Below are positions 47,307-57,334 of a DNA stretch of 64,000 nt, piece by piece. Where the stretch lies: assembly GCA_041665345.1 (NCBI GenBank), contig JBAYJA010000003.1, positions 39,202 to 103,201 of the forward strand, given 5' to 3'. Origin of the DNA: Patescibacteria group bacterium. Lineage in GTDB: Bacteria > Patescibacteriota > Patescibacteriia > PEXW01. Below the pieces are notes generated by a model. It saw only the letters and a program-made list of their open reading frames with translations. It searched no databases and was not told the DNA's origin. The translations under genes were made by a program, and so were the position numbers. The first letter of the stretch is position 1, and every line of letters starts with the position of its first letter.

Positions 47307-47951
47307 CTAGAACATAGTTGCGAGTGAACGTTTCAGTGACTGGTACATATTATCGTTCTGCTCAAGTCTCGCCTGCGCCTGATTCTCGCTCAAGCCGCTG
47401 ATCCAGGTTTTTCCCTGTGAAAGGGAGATTTCAATGAATGCTCCAGGCTGCAAAGATGTGCCTGTTGCTATTTCCATCTCACCCGCTTTGAAGACTGAAC
47501 CTTCGGGTTTCTGTGCGACTTGCTCTGCCTCATCTAGATGTAGCTGTCTACAGTAGAGAACGGTTTTGCCAGTCTCTTCTCCGCAGTTCATCATGATTTC
47601 GTACTGTCCAGATTCAAGGTTTGTTAATCCAGATCCAGCATCGGCAACTGCGCCATTTCTCTGACTGCCGACCGTTATGAATGCGAAGGCCAAGAATACG
47701 GATGATGCAGTTAGTCCCCAGCGAAGGACGCGGTTACGCCCCTCATGGACTTTAATAGCAGCTTTCCCCCACCACTTTTCCTGGAGTTCAGCAGCATTAA
47801 AGTTCTTCGTGTACTTGGCAGCGAGGTAGCGTAAACCACCAGTCGCTGCGAGGCACAGAAGAAATAATGTCCCCCAATCGATGTCCGTAATGATCCAGGA
47901 TTTCGTGGCAACGAAGAAATCGAGGATTAACCGGATAATGTCTTGAACCAC
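47307..47951 (-). CDS. Hypothetical 2-TM membrane protein
   Basis: AAGGAGG then GTG; two hydrophobic helices; promoter TTGACA-17-TAAGGT at ~48260-48288. Confidence 0.7.
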   Translation of the reverse strand: MVQDIIRLILDFFVATKSWIITDIDWGTLFLLCLAATGGLRYLAAKYTKNFNAAELQEKWWGKAAIKVHEGRNRVLRWGLTASSVFLAFAFITVGSQRNGAVADAGSGLTNLESGQYEIMMNCGEETGKTVLYCRQLHLDEAEQVAQKPEGSVFKAGEMEIATGTSLQPGAFIEISLSQGKTWISGLSENQAQARLEQNDNMYQSLKRSLATMF

Positions 47952-48023
47952 GTTTACCTCCTTGTGTAGTGTAACGTGCGTTGTTAGGTTACGGTTTATT
48001 TCCCTTCAATCTAATAATAACAA

Positions 48024-48195
48024 AAATCAGCTACCCATCTGCAGCCGAGGGCAAGAGGAATCTGCAGCCAAGAAGATTGTAACGTGGTAGGACGCAGAAA
48101 AAATCCGTGTCCACCGCGCTACAACCCCCATGCTTGTCGTGGCTGCAGGTTGCTCCTGCCGGGGTTGTATCGGGGTGCAAATGGCTAGCTGGTTT
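48024..48195. ncRNA. Candidate long rod-like structured RNA
   Basis: Nested complementary blocks AAATCAGCTA/TAGCTGGTTT, TGCAGCC/GGTTGTA, GGCA/TGCC, AATCTGCAGCCA/TGGCTGCAGGTT, TTGTAACGTGGT/ACCGCGCTACAA, GGAC/GTCC. Confidence 0.5.
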
Positions 48196-48395
48196 ATCAA
48201 GGTGGTGCGTTTGGGAACAGCACTGCTGTACACGCAAAACACCTCTTTCAGAACGTGTGACCTTAGCACTGGGTGCAAATCCTGTCAAGGCCTGGGGAGC
48301 GAATTTGGCTAAGGTTAGCCAAAAAGTGCCTTGATTCTTCTGAAAAAGGGTGGTACGCTTGGCAAGCTACAGTATTTTCCCCTTCATTATCGCAT

Positions 48396-49907
48396 ATGAT
48401 TGTTACTCCCGTCCCCTACCGTTCCAAACCCACAAGCCGCGTGACGATTCTCGCCCTCTTTGCCAAGGCAGAGGTGCGACAGCACCCGTTCTTTTCCGGT
48501 TTACCCAGTGGTGTGCAGCAAACTGTCCTTGCATTTGTGAAGTCCAAAGAATTTGCAGGCCGGGCTGATGAAGTGCGGGTGATCCCCTACGGCAGTACCG
48601 GCAAGTCAGTACTCCTGCTGGGATTAGGTGAGAAGAAAACCTGGAACCATCGGACAGCAATGGTAGCGAGCCGACGCATTGTCATGGTGGCAAAGCAGCA
48701 CCGTTTGGTGGATGTGGCAGTGCGTTTGGAAGATTTGGCGTGGGCGAATGCTTCTCCTTCGGCAGTGGCCCAGGTGATTACGGAGAACGCGCACCTGGCA
48801 CACTACGATTACACGCGGTACCGCAGCTCGCCCACGGGTGGCTGGCCGAATGTCCGCAAGCTCACCCTGCTTTGTGCAGTAGGCATCCTCCCAGCAGTGA
48901 AGCGCGGGGTGAAGGCTGGTACGGTGATTGCTGACGCGACGAATCACGCGCGGGATTTGGCAAACACGCCGGGTGGCGACTTAACACCCGAGGGGGTTTC
49001 TGCTGCTGCGGTGAACGTTGGGAAGGACCACGGTGTCCGCGTACACGTTCTTCATAAGAAAGATTTAGAAAAGTTGGGTGCTGGTGGCATCCTGGGTGTT
49101 GCCCGAGGTTCTGATGCGCCCCCAACGCTGACCATCATGGAGTACGCCGCACCAGGCCATGCCAAAGACCAGCCACTTGTCTTCATTGGTAAAGGGGTGA
49201 CCTTTGATTCCGGTGGTTTGAATGTGAAGCCAGATACGTCCATGTACGAGATGCACATGGATATGTCGGGTGGTGCAGCCGTCATTGGTGCCCTGGCGGC
49301 GGTGGCGCAGCTGAAGCTCCCTGTCCGGGTCATTGGACTTATCCCAGCGGCTGAGAATATGTCGGCGGGCGCGGCGTACCGGCCAGGTGACCAGCTGAAG
49401 AGTTTATCAGGCAAGACTATTGAGGTGATGCACACTGATGCCGAAGGTCGCATTCTGTTGGCTGACGCCCTCACCTATGCGGAACGCTACCAGCCCGCAG
49501 CAGTTATTGATGTGGCCACACTGACCGGAGCCGCGGTTGTAGCCTTAGGAAATCGTGCTGCAGCGCTGCTCTCCCCCAATGAAACATTCTCTCAGGAATT
49601 GCGGACGCTGGCGGAAACGAGCGGAGATTTTGCCTGGCCGCTCCCTTTGTGGACAGAGTACGAAGCTGAAATAAAAGGCACGTTTGGAGACTTCTCGAAT
49701 ACAGGGAAAAGTCGGAGTGGTGGGGCGATTACCGCCGCTGCGTTCCTGTGGCAGTTTGCCAAGAAGTTTTCCAAATGGGCGCACATGGACATCGCGCCAA
49801 CTATGACCAGTATTGAAGGGCAGCACTTGGCCAAAGGTGCCACCGGAGCAGGTACGCGCTTGTTGGTTGCTTACGCTCGGAGTCTCGTTGCGTCATTGCA
49901 AGAGTAA
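48396..49907 (+). CDS. pepA: Leucyl aminopeptidase (M17)
   Basis: GKGVTFDSGG, MHMDMSGG, HTDAEGR, DVATLTGA, WAHMDIA. Confidence 0.96.
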   Translation: MIVTPVPYRSKPTSRVTILALFAKAEVRQHPFFSGLPSGVQQTVLAFVKSKEFAGRADEVRVIPYGSTGKSVLLLGLGEKKTWNHRTAMVASRRIVMVAKQHRLVDVAVRLEDLAWANASPSAVAQVITENAHLAHYDYTRYRSSPTGGWPNVRKLTLLCAVGILPAVKRGVKAGTVIADATNHARDLANTPGGDLTPEGVSAAAVNVGKDHGVRVHVLHKKDLEKLGAGGILGVARGSDAPPTLTIMEYAAPGHAKDQPLVFIGKGVTFDSGGLNVKPDTSMYEMHMDMSGGAAVIGALAAVAQLKLPVRVIGLIPAAENMSAGAAYRPGDQLKSLSGKTIEVMHTDAEGRILLADALTYAERYQPAAVIDVATLTGAAVVALGNRAAALLSPNETFSQELRTLAETSGDFAWPLPLWTEYEAEIKGTFGDFSNTGKSRSGGAITAAAFLWQFAKKFSKWAHMDIAPTMTSIEGQHLAKGATGAGTRLLVAYARSLVASLQE

Positions 49908-49910
49908 GGT

Positions 49911-50939
49911 ATGGCGAAAGTGATAAATAATGTTCTGACCCCGGAAGAGCAACCAGAAGAGCAGACTTTTGACATTAGCCTGCGACCAAAGAAATTGGCG
50001 GAGTACGTGGGGCAGTCGCAGATTAAGGAGAGCCTGGTCATTGCTATTCGAGCAGCGCAGCACCGCAAAGAAGCGCTGGACCACGTGCTGCTGTACGGCG
50101 GCCCGGGTTTGGGCAAGACCACGCTGGCACACGTCATTGGCGAAGAGCTAGGCACCACTGTCCGCGTGACCAGTGGTCCGGCCTTGGAGCGCGCGGGTGA
50201 CCTGGCTGCCATTCTCACTAACCTGGCCGAAGGTGACATTCTCTTCATTGATGAAATCCACCGCTTGCCCCGCGCCGTGGAAGAAATTCTGTACCCGGCG
50301 TTGGAAGATTTTGCCATCGACATTGTCGTGGGTAAAGGCCCCGGCGCCCGCACGCTGCGTTTGGATTTACCGCACTGCACCATTGTGGGTGCGACCACGC
50401 GTTTAGCGCTTCTCTCGGGGCCACTTCGAGACCGGTTTGGGTTGACGTTCCATTTGGACTACTACACGGACGAAGACATTGCGGCAATTTTGGAACGCTC
50501 GGCTCGGTTGCTGAATATCACATTGGATCCAGCAGCCAAGCAGCTGCTCTCCACCCGCGCGCGCCGTACCCCCCGGGTTGCGAATCGACTACTGAAGCGG
50601 GTTCGGGACTTTGCTCAGGTACGGCACGATGGCGTGGTTACCGTGCCCGCGGCAACTGCAGCCCTGGAGCAGCTGGGCATTGATACGCTGGGCCTGGATG
50701 TGGTTGACCGGCGCGTGCTCACCACGATCATTGACCAATTTAATGGCGGGCCGGTAGGTTTGAGCACGGTCGCAGCAACTACCGGTGAAGACATGCAAAC
50801 GCTGGAAGATGTGGTGGAACCGTTCCTCTTGCAAATGGGCTTGCTCGCTCGTACCCCGCGGGGTCGGGTAGCCACGCCCGCCGCGTACACACACCTGGAG
50901 CGGGAGATGCCCAAGGATTTGCAGCAAAGGTTGGTCTGA
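49911..50939 (+). CDS. ruvB: Holliday junction branch migration ATPase RuvB
   Basis: [50 protein letters not shown]. Confidence 0.98.
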   Translation: MAKVINNVLTPEEQPEEQTFDISLRPKKLAEYVGQSQIKESLVIAIRAAQHRKEALDHVLLYGGPGLGKTTLAHVIGEELGTTVRVTSGPALERAGDLAAILTNLAEGDILFIDEIHRLPRAVEEILYPALEDFAIDIVVGKGPGARTLRLDLPHCTIVGATTRLALLSGPLRDRFGLTFHLDYYTDEDIAAILERSARLLNITLDPAAKQLLSTRARRTPRVANRLLKRVRDFAQVRHDGVVTVPAATAALEQLGIDTLGLDVVDRRVLTTIIDQFNGGPVGLSTVAATTGEDMQTLEDVVEPFLLQMGLLARTPRGRVATPAAYTHLEREMPKDLQQRLV

Positions 50940-51050
50940 GGGGTAGCGAGTTAGTGCGTTGGCAAGCTGGCGAGTTAGTAAGTATTCATATTTTGGGTAT
51001 ACAAAAACCGACACGGGTGAGGTGTCGGCTGAAAGGTGCATGATAGAAAA

Positions 51051-52001
51051 CTACAAATTTGCGTAGTACCGCTCGGCGCATTTTTGTGCCATTGTGATCG
51101 CAGCCTGCTCATTCGGAAAGTCGCCGAACTGAGCGAGGAGGCTCACAGTGGCGCCGTCAGCACTCCGGACGTATAGGACAGGTTCAACATTAGGTTCAGC
51201 ATCAGGTCGGTAGCTCCCCTCCACAATACTAATAGCATCCGGTGTGACCGCAACACAGGCATGGTAGTCGGCTCTCTGAACAGCGAGCAAGCGATTCCCG
51301 AATTCTTGTGGCGGCGTGGGAAAGTGGACGATAACTGATGCATTTCCATTTACCGGATAGTCGAACAAATTTGGCCAGTAGTTTTTGAGCCTTTTTTGTT
51401 CCCATAAACGCCTCTGCTGTTCATGGACACTATTGGATCGGAGTTTACTAGCTTTCTTTGAGTCCAAGACGATTAATGTGATGACGCATAAAATTGTCAG
51501 GATCCCGACTGGGAGCCATATTGCACTTTTCTGCAACCTGAGCACGCATGTTCCCACAAAGGAGAGAAGCATTAGGATGATTGTGATTTTCGTCGCGGTG
51601 TCTTCCATTCTTTGAGAATATAAGAGTTTTTTCTCAAATTCATCGTGTCGGAATAGTATTCCTGTGCGCCCCTGCGCATCCATGTTTTCAAAGCGGTACA
51701 GTCCGCAGGCCAGGCAGAAGTCTTGCCAAAGCTTTGCGGGTAGTGTGGCCAAAGGCATGGTACCGGTCTTGGAGAGCACCTCGGCTTCAAAGTTCCGAAT
51801 CGCAAGTTCTTCGGCGTCCAGCGATCCCAATTGCTGCGGGTTCTTGTAGCCCACAACCGTTGAGACAGTAAATCCTGCGAGTTCCTCCTGTTGGTAGATG
51901 GGCTCACCTGGTTCATTGTGATCAATGCTCGCTCGGATAGATGACCGCAGTTGGTTCCGACGTTCTTCGGTTACCTCTGCGAGAGTAAGAATTGGGTTCA
52001 T
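51051..52001 (-). CDS. Hypothetical 2-TM membrane protein
   Basis: GGAGGA before ATG 52001; central hydrophobic hairpin; C-terminal EPVLY..AQFGDFPNE. Confidence 0.7.
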   Translation of the reverse strand: MNPILTLAEVTEERRNQLRSSIRASIDHNEPGEPIYQQEELAGFTVSTVVGYKNPQQLGSLDAEELAIRNFEAEVLSKTGTMPLATLPAKLWQDFCLACGLYRFENMDAQGRTGILFRHDEFEKKLLYSQRMEDTATKITIILMLLSFVGTCVLRLQKSAIWLPVGILTILCVITLIVLDSKKASKLRSNSVHEQQRRLWEQKRLKNYWPNLFDYPVNGNASVIVHFPTPPQEFGNRLLAVQRADYHACVAVTPDAISIVEGSYRPDAEPNVEPVLYVRSADGATVSLLAQFGDFPNEQAAITMAQKCAERYYANL

Positions 52002-52134
52002 GTATTCCTCCTGCACGAAGGGTTTTAGGTTTTCAAGATTACTTTCTTTATTCAACTGACTTTACAATGCTGGATGTTCATTGTCAAGCATTTGTCGACT
52101 TTCTTTGATTCGACCAAAAAGCTATACTAATGAT

Positions 52135-52389
52135 ATGGAATTTAGCGCGTCGCTCATGCTCATCCCTTTCATCCTCCTGCTTTTGGCTTGGGGGTTTTTC
52201 AGTATTATCGCCATCCGGCAGGTGCTGCGCTTTGGATTCCTCACCCCAGTTGCTGTCCTCTCATCTTGTGCATACCTAGCTTTCTCTCTGATTATTGTCA
52301 CCATGGTGATCACTGAACTCCGGGGCGTTGACTGGTCAGCGGTTGTTACCGTGCCACTTCCCTCATTCTCCAGTACCCCAACCCTATGA
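52135..52389 (+). CDS. Small membrane protein
   Basis: TATACT-6 nt-ATG; two TM helices; ATGA overlap with the next gene. Confidence 0.7.
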   Translation: MEFSASLMLIPFILLLLAWGFFSIIAIRQVLRFGFLTPVAVLSSCAYLAFSLIIVTMVITELRGVDWSAVVTVPLPSFSSTPTL

Positions 52390-53039
52390 GGTTGCGCCCC
52401 ACATTTCCGGGGATGGTGCCGGGGGAGAAAGTTGTCCTGCTCTTGCACCGGCACTGGGTCTTTGGCTTGCGTTTGATTCTCGCTCACTTTGTTTTTATCA
52501 TTCCCCCGCTCGCTGCCTGGTGGGTACTGGGGCGGTACTCAACCGTCCTGGTGGATGGGACAAGCGCAGCGTACGCTTTTACCATTCTCCTCTTTGGGAC
52601 GTATGCACTTTTTTGGGCACTCGCCTTCTTCATTGCGTGGTTAAATTTTTACTTGGATACGTGGATTATCACTAACGAACGCATTATCAACATTGAACAG
52701 TTGCGCCTTTTCTACCGAACGGTTTCCGAGCAAAAGCTTTTTCGGGTGCAGGACGTCACGACTGATGTGCATGGGTTCTTTGCTGGCATTTTCCGGTACG
52801 GCAACGTGAGTGTGCAAACCGCCGCAGAAAAAGAGCGCTTCGTCTTTGAGCAAGTGCCGCACCCAGAAGACGTGGCGAAGACGATTATGCACCTCTTGGA
52901 ATCCATTGAATCGCAAATTGGCCTGGACGCCATGGCCAGGATTGAAGGGGACATTCCGCCGCCGGGACCAGCTACGCCGCGTTCCCAATCGCCGAAAGTC
53001 CCGCCCGCTCCAAAAGCACCAACCGGCTCAGCTGGGTAG
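52386..53039 (+). CDS. Membrane protein with a bacterial PH (bPH_2-like) domain
   Basis: GEKV..HRHW, two TMs, WIITNERII, VQDVT, YGNVSVQTA. Confidence 0.85.
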   Translation: MRLRPTFPGMVPGEKVVLLLHRHWVFGLRLILAHFVFIIPPLAAWWVLGRYSTVLVDGTSAAYAFTILLFGTYALFWALAFFIAWLNFYLDTWIITNERIINIEQLRLFYRTVSEQKLFRVQDVTTDVHGFFAGIFRYGNVSVQTAAEKERFVFEQVPHPEDVAKTIMHLLESIESQIGLDAMARIEGDIPPPGPATPRSQSPKVPPAPKAPTGSAG

Positions 53040-53670
53040 CGTAGCCAAGCCAGTACTTCTGCTGGCGGCTCGCTTCCAATTCCACGGAGAAATTTTGCCA
53101 CACCGTTGGCTGCAGCCGCAGCCGAGTTTTTGCGCGGTCGCTATCAATGTCTGCTAAGCACGCACTCAGCCGGAACACTGCATCCCAGTTGGCGCTGTTG
53201 TTCTCCGCGTCAATGACATTTTGCACGCTGTCCCAGTCTGTGTCCGTCACCAACGCTGGCCGAAACCGATCTGCATCTGCGCCGTGCAAGTGCATGGCGT
53301 GAATGGTAAAGGCGGCCCAGTTTTGGGCTGCGCGGTGCGCATCAAGAACCCCAAGCATGGCTGCCCACAGATCTTCTGGTACCACAAGAATTGCTCCACG
53401 GGCAGGGTCGAGTTTCTTGAGGTGTGCCAGCCAGGCGGCGACGTTCTGCCAGTCTGCAGTTGCTTCCACTCTGGAGAGTTCACCCATAAGCCCTTCCCAA
53501 TCCACATCCGTCACTTCAAGCTGTTGTGTTCGCATTGGATCAATCATCATCAAATGCGCGCCCAACCAGGCAAAGTCATGCCAGCGTCGGCTCGCCGAAG
53601 CATTGGTGAGTTCTTGGACCATCGCTGCCCAGGTTTCCCCGTCGAGTAATTCCGTTGCAGACTTGAACAT
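52972..53670 (-). CDS. Helical repeat protein (five ~44-aa Trp-anchored repeats)
   Basis: Repeat W..M...L......W..F...A.HL..ID; TATACT-6 nt-ATG. Confidence 0.75.
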   Translation of the reverse strand: MFKSATELLDGETWAAMVQELTNASASRRWHDFAWLGAHLMMIDPMRTQQLEVTDVDWEGLMGELSRVEATADWQNVAAWLAHLKKLDPARGAILVVPEDLWAAMLGVLDAHRAAQNWAAFTIHAMHLHGADADRFRPALVTDTDWDSVQNVIDAENNSANWDAVFRLSACLADIDSDRAKTRLRLQPTVWQNFSVELEASRQQKYWLGYATQLSRLVLLERAGLSAIGNAA

Positions 53671-53975
53671 GCAGGAAGTATAGCAGGGGGGAGGGGGAAG
53701 CCGTAGAGCTGTAGAGCGGTAAAGCTGTAAGGGCTTTTCTCTGTCATTGCGAGCTCCAGCAGGAGCGTGGCAATCTTTCGGTAATACGGAACCAGGCTGC
53801 ACCCTTTTTGCATACCTGGTTTATTTCACAATGTCTCCCCATCAGGATTACCTCCCCCACCCCCTCCTTCAAAAGGAGGGGAGGAGTTTTAGCTCTCAGC
53901 CATACCTCCTATCCGGCCCACACCTCCACCCAAAAACTCCACTCGCTGCCCCAACAAAACCGAGGCTTAATTACC

Positions 53976-55832
53976 TCAGTACACCTTCCGCAGGCTAATG
54001 CCGGTGTAGTAGTTGGTGAGAATCCAGTCGTAGGTTTTGCCTTGGTCTTTGGCGTACTTCAAGGCGCCAAAGGCAGACATGCCCACCATGTGGTTTCCCG
54101 AGCCGCCAGTAAGGTAGCTGGTTGGGTAGGGTGGCGTGGTGCAGGTGCCAATGGCATCTGGCACAGTCAGGAGGTACGGAAAGTAGATTTGATCGTAGCC
54201 CCACACTTCAGGGATGCTGCGCGTCCGGCCGTCCGTGCAGGAAGAGTACGCGGCGACAATTGCGCCCACAGTGTTCTTGGGTGACACGGCTGCGCTGTGC
54301 GTGGCGACAATGCCACGTGTCGCAACGACTGCTGCTACCAAGTTTGGCACTTTCAGTTCATACCCATACCCACGGTATACCTGGTCCGTGGTTGCATTGA
54401 TATCGTAGAATTCATCTGCGTGCTTGGTCTGCCGAAGATTGTGGAAGAGCGCGTACGTCCGCGCCGCAACAACCAAACTTTTCATAAATTCGGTTGGACC
54501 AGTATTCCCAGTTTCCGCTAAGCCGCTGACGTACTGCTCCATAAGGAGCTCATTAATCACCCAAACTTTTCCCGTGGCCGGGGTGGAACGAAATTCCAGG
54601 AGGTTGCGGAATTTGTTGTACTGGCCGTTCCAGCTGGTGATGGTGAGAATTGCAGGCGTGGATTTACCGAAGAAACGGTACGGCCCCGTCACCTTCTTGG
54701 TCACCCCGTTGAGCGTGTAGCTGTACGCACCTTGGAGATAGGTGAAGCGGACTATTGTCGCTGCTGGAATTTCTTCCAGCGTTGTGCCGTCCGCGTCGGT
54801 CAGTAGTGCAAGCTGGTCACTGCTCACTTCCACCCAGCCGTCAGACGTCGTGACCACACCCACACGCACGGTTGGCTCAGCAGCCAGCACAGCGCCAGCT
54901 CCTTCTACAACCGGGGCAGGAACAACCACGGTCAGCGTCACCTCGCCATTCACCACGCGGGTCAAGTTTGGAACCACTATTTGCGCGGCTTGGCTAAATT
55001 CACCGTACGCATCTGGTGCCTGCAAGGCAAAGCGGAAGGTCCCCTTCTTGCCGGGTTTCACTTCCCCAGTCGTCAGACGGCCAATGATGGTTTTGGAAAT
55101 CCAATTCGCATGGTAGAACGCGCTGGTTTTTGACGGATCCACCAAAGCCAGAACCACGGCGCCAGGTCCGGAGCGTTTCCAGGTTTGCGTGCCGGTGTTC
55201 GTCACGGTGAAGGAAAACGTTTTTGCCTTGCCTTTGGGCATGGTGAAGGTCGTGTCCGTAGACACGCCACCGCTCATCCGATACTGCGCAGCCTTGGGAT
55301 CGTCTGCTCGCAAGAGGAGTTCAAATGCACCGCCAGGCATCCAGTCCACGCCCTTGATCGCCAGGGAAAATCGCTCTCGATACTCCCCCGCTTTGGTTGG
55401 CGCGCGGAGTTTGAAGCTGAGGCGAACAGTTTCTCCAGGCTTCACATTTTTGGCGAGCTTGGCTGGCCGATTAAAGGCGTTCCAGGATTTGTCGCGGAGT
55501 TTGGTGGCGGTGTTTGGGACGAGTTCAGTTTTCTCCAAACGGACGGGGTTGAGCGCAACGAGATTGTTGCCGTTGGCGAGCCAGGTCTTGGTTCCGGTAT
55601 TCTTCACGTCCACCCAAAAGTCCACGGCGGCTTTGGGTTCCACAAACAGCGCATCGGTGGAACGACGAAGAATTTCCGCGCGGTACGGCGGGGTGACCGG
55701 TTTCTTTGCAGGAGCCGCGTTACTGTACAAGGGCAAGGACAGCCCAGCCATGACAAACAGCGCCCCAAAAATTTGTAGGGCGGGTCGGAAGAAAACGTAA
55801 CGCGGCAGTGCGGGGTACTTTTTCGTTTCCAC
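53976..55832 (-). CDS. SpoIID/LytB-domain protein with two NBR1-like Ig domains
   Basis: V.NTGT.TW..V.PG repeats; INELLMEQYVSG, VAARTYA, DQVYRGY, AYSSC, NHMVGMSAFGA, ILTNYYTG; start uncertain (GTG 55832). Confidence 0.88.
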   Translation of the reverse strand: METKKYPALPRYVFFRPALQIFGALFVMAGLSLPLYSNAAPAKKPVTPPYRAEILRRSTDALFVEPKAAVDFWVDVKNTGTKTWLANGNNLVALNPVRLEKTELVPNTATKLRDKSWNAFNRPAKLAKNVKPGETVRLSFKLRAPTKAGEYRERFSLAIKGVDWMPGGAFELLLRADDPKAAQYRMSGGVSTDTTFTMPKGKAKTFSFTVTNTGTQTWKRSGPGAVVLALVDPSKTSAFYHANWISKTIIGRLTTGEVKPGKKGTFRFALQAPDAYGEFSQAAQIVVPNLTRVVNGEVTLTVVVPAPVVEGAGAVLAAEPTVRVGVVTTSDGWVEVSSDQLALLTDADGTTLEEIPAATIVRFTYLQGAYSYTLNGVTKKVTGPYRFFGKSTPAILTITSWNGQYNKFRNLLEFRSTPATGKVWVINELLMEQYVSGLAETGNTGPTEFMKSLVVAARTYALFHNLRQTKHADEFYDINATTDQVYRGYGYELKVPNLVAAVVATRGIVATHSAAVSPKNTVGAIVAAYSSCTDGRTRSIPEVWGYDQIYFPYLLTVPDAIGTCTTPPYPTSYLTGGSGNHMVGMSAFGALKYAKDQGKTYDWILTNYYTGISLRKVY

Positions 55833-55903
55833 GCTTGCATCATAGCATGAAAAGTGGTCAAATGTCAATTCGTTCATCAGAATGATTATGCTAGTGTACT
55901 AGT

Positions 55904-57334
55904 ATGTCACTCACCAAGGCTTTAGTCTGGAATTCAGGCGTGCAAGTAGCTGGGAAAGCTGCGAGTACGGCTTTGGGTTTTGTGGTTATTGCCCTGGTGG
56001 CGCGGGCGCTGGGACCCACCGGCGCCGGGCACTACTACACCGCCCTGGCCTTCCTGCAAATTATTGGCGTGCTGGCAGACCTGGGGCTGTACATCGTGCT
56101 CATCAAGAAACTGGCTGAAGATCCAACCAATGCCGATGCTTGGGCCAGCACTGCATTTACGCTTCGGCTCATTACTGCTGCGGCCATTCTCATCATCGCA
56201 CCGGCGGTGGGTGCGCTGACCAGCTACCCGGGTGACGTGAAAGTTGGCATTGCCATTGGCGCCTTCTCCACCTTCGCCATTGTGGTGAACCAAGTCCTGG
56301 TGGGGATTTTCCAACGTGGATTGCAAATGGGTCGGGTGGTCATTGCAGAAATTGTTGGACGGGTGGTTCTCCTGGGCGCCACACTCGTGGTGGCAGCAAC
56401 CCACCCAACCGTGCCGTGGGTGCTGGGTGCGGTGGCTATTGGCGCGCTGGCGAATCTCGGTTTCAGCTTCTGGTTTAGCCGCGGACTTGTTCGCATCCGC
56501 CTGGTGTGGGACCGCGTGCGGACAATAACTATCATACGTGAAGGCTGGCCCATTGCACTGTCCGTTGGCTTCAACCTCATTTACTTTAAAACGGACATGC
56601 TGGTTCTAGCTGCGACGCACCCGGCCAGTGATGCAGGTCTGTACGGCCAGGCCAATAAAGTGCTGGAAGTGCTGGCGACCTTCCCGGCCATGCTCGCTGG
56701 TCTGCTCACTCCCATCCTCGCCAATGCTTTTGCCAGCCACGACCGTGAACGTTTTCGGTCCATTCTCCAACGCGCTGTCGATGGTTTGGCGCTCCTGGCA
56801 TTGCCGCTGGCCGTGGGCACGCCGTTTGTCGCCGTCCAAGTGATGCGGCTGTCTGGCGGTGAAGAGTTCACTGCCGCATCGGGTGCCCTCACTGCACTGA
56901 TGGTTGCCACGGCTGTCATTTTCTTTGGGAACTTGTTTGCGAATACCGTGGTGGCAGTTGGGCAGCAGCGCCGCATGCTCTGGGGGTACATGGCCGTGGC
57001 CATGGGCGCGCTCGTTGCGTACCTGCTGGCCATTCCGGCAGCGGGCATGATGGCGGGCGCGTACATCCGGGTGGCAAGTGAAGTGGCAATCACCGTGGTG
57101 GCAGTCATTCTGGTCTTCCGCACGGTTCGGATTCGTTTGGATCTTCGGGCGTGCTTTCGCATTGCGTTAGCCTGCGCAGCCATGGCATTGGTGCTGTGGG
57201 TGACGCCAACCTGGCTCCTCCTCCCCCGCCTGAGCATTGCGGTTGCGGTCTACGGCATTGCGCTCCTCCTGCTGCGCGCCATCCCTTCAGAACTCTTAGG
57301 CTCGTACCTCAAACGTTTTGCGTATGCGCGTTAG
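55904..57334 (+). CDS. Polysaccharide flippase (Wzx/RfbX family)
   Basis: About 14 TMs; ARALG..G.Y, ADLGL, IYFKTD, GLYG.A. Confidence 0.9.
   Translation: MSLTKALVWNSGVQVAGKAASTALGFVVIALVARALGPTGAGHYYTALAFLQIIGVLADLGLYIVLIKKLAEDPTNADAWASTAFTLRLITAAAILIIAPAVGALTSYPGDVKVGIAIGAFSTFAIVVNQVLVGIFQRGLQMGRVVIAEIVGRVVLLGATLVVAATHPTVPWVLGAVAIGALANLGFSFWFSRGLVRIRLVWDRVRTITIIREGWPIALSVGFNLIYFKTDMLVLAATHPASDAGLYGQANKVLEVLATFPAMLAGLLTPILANAFASHDRERFRSILQRAVDGLALLALPLAVGTPFVAVQVMRLSGGEEFTAASGALTALMVATAVIFFGNLFANTVVAVGQQRRMLWGYMAVAMGALVAYLLAIPAAGMMAGAYIRVASEVAITVVAVILVFRTVRIRLDLRACFRIALACAAMALVLWVTPTWLLLPRLSIAVAVYGIALLLLRAIPSELLGSYLKRFAYAR

Noticed and set aside
49911-50939. ruvB without adjacent ruvA/ruvC
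   Set aside because: Dispersed ruv genes are common, and absence from this window says nothing about the genome.
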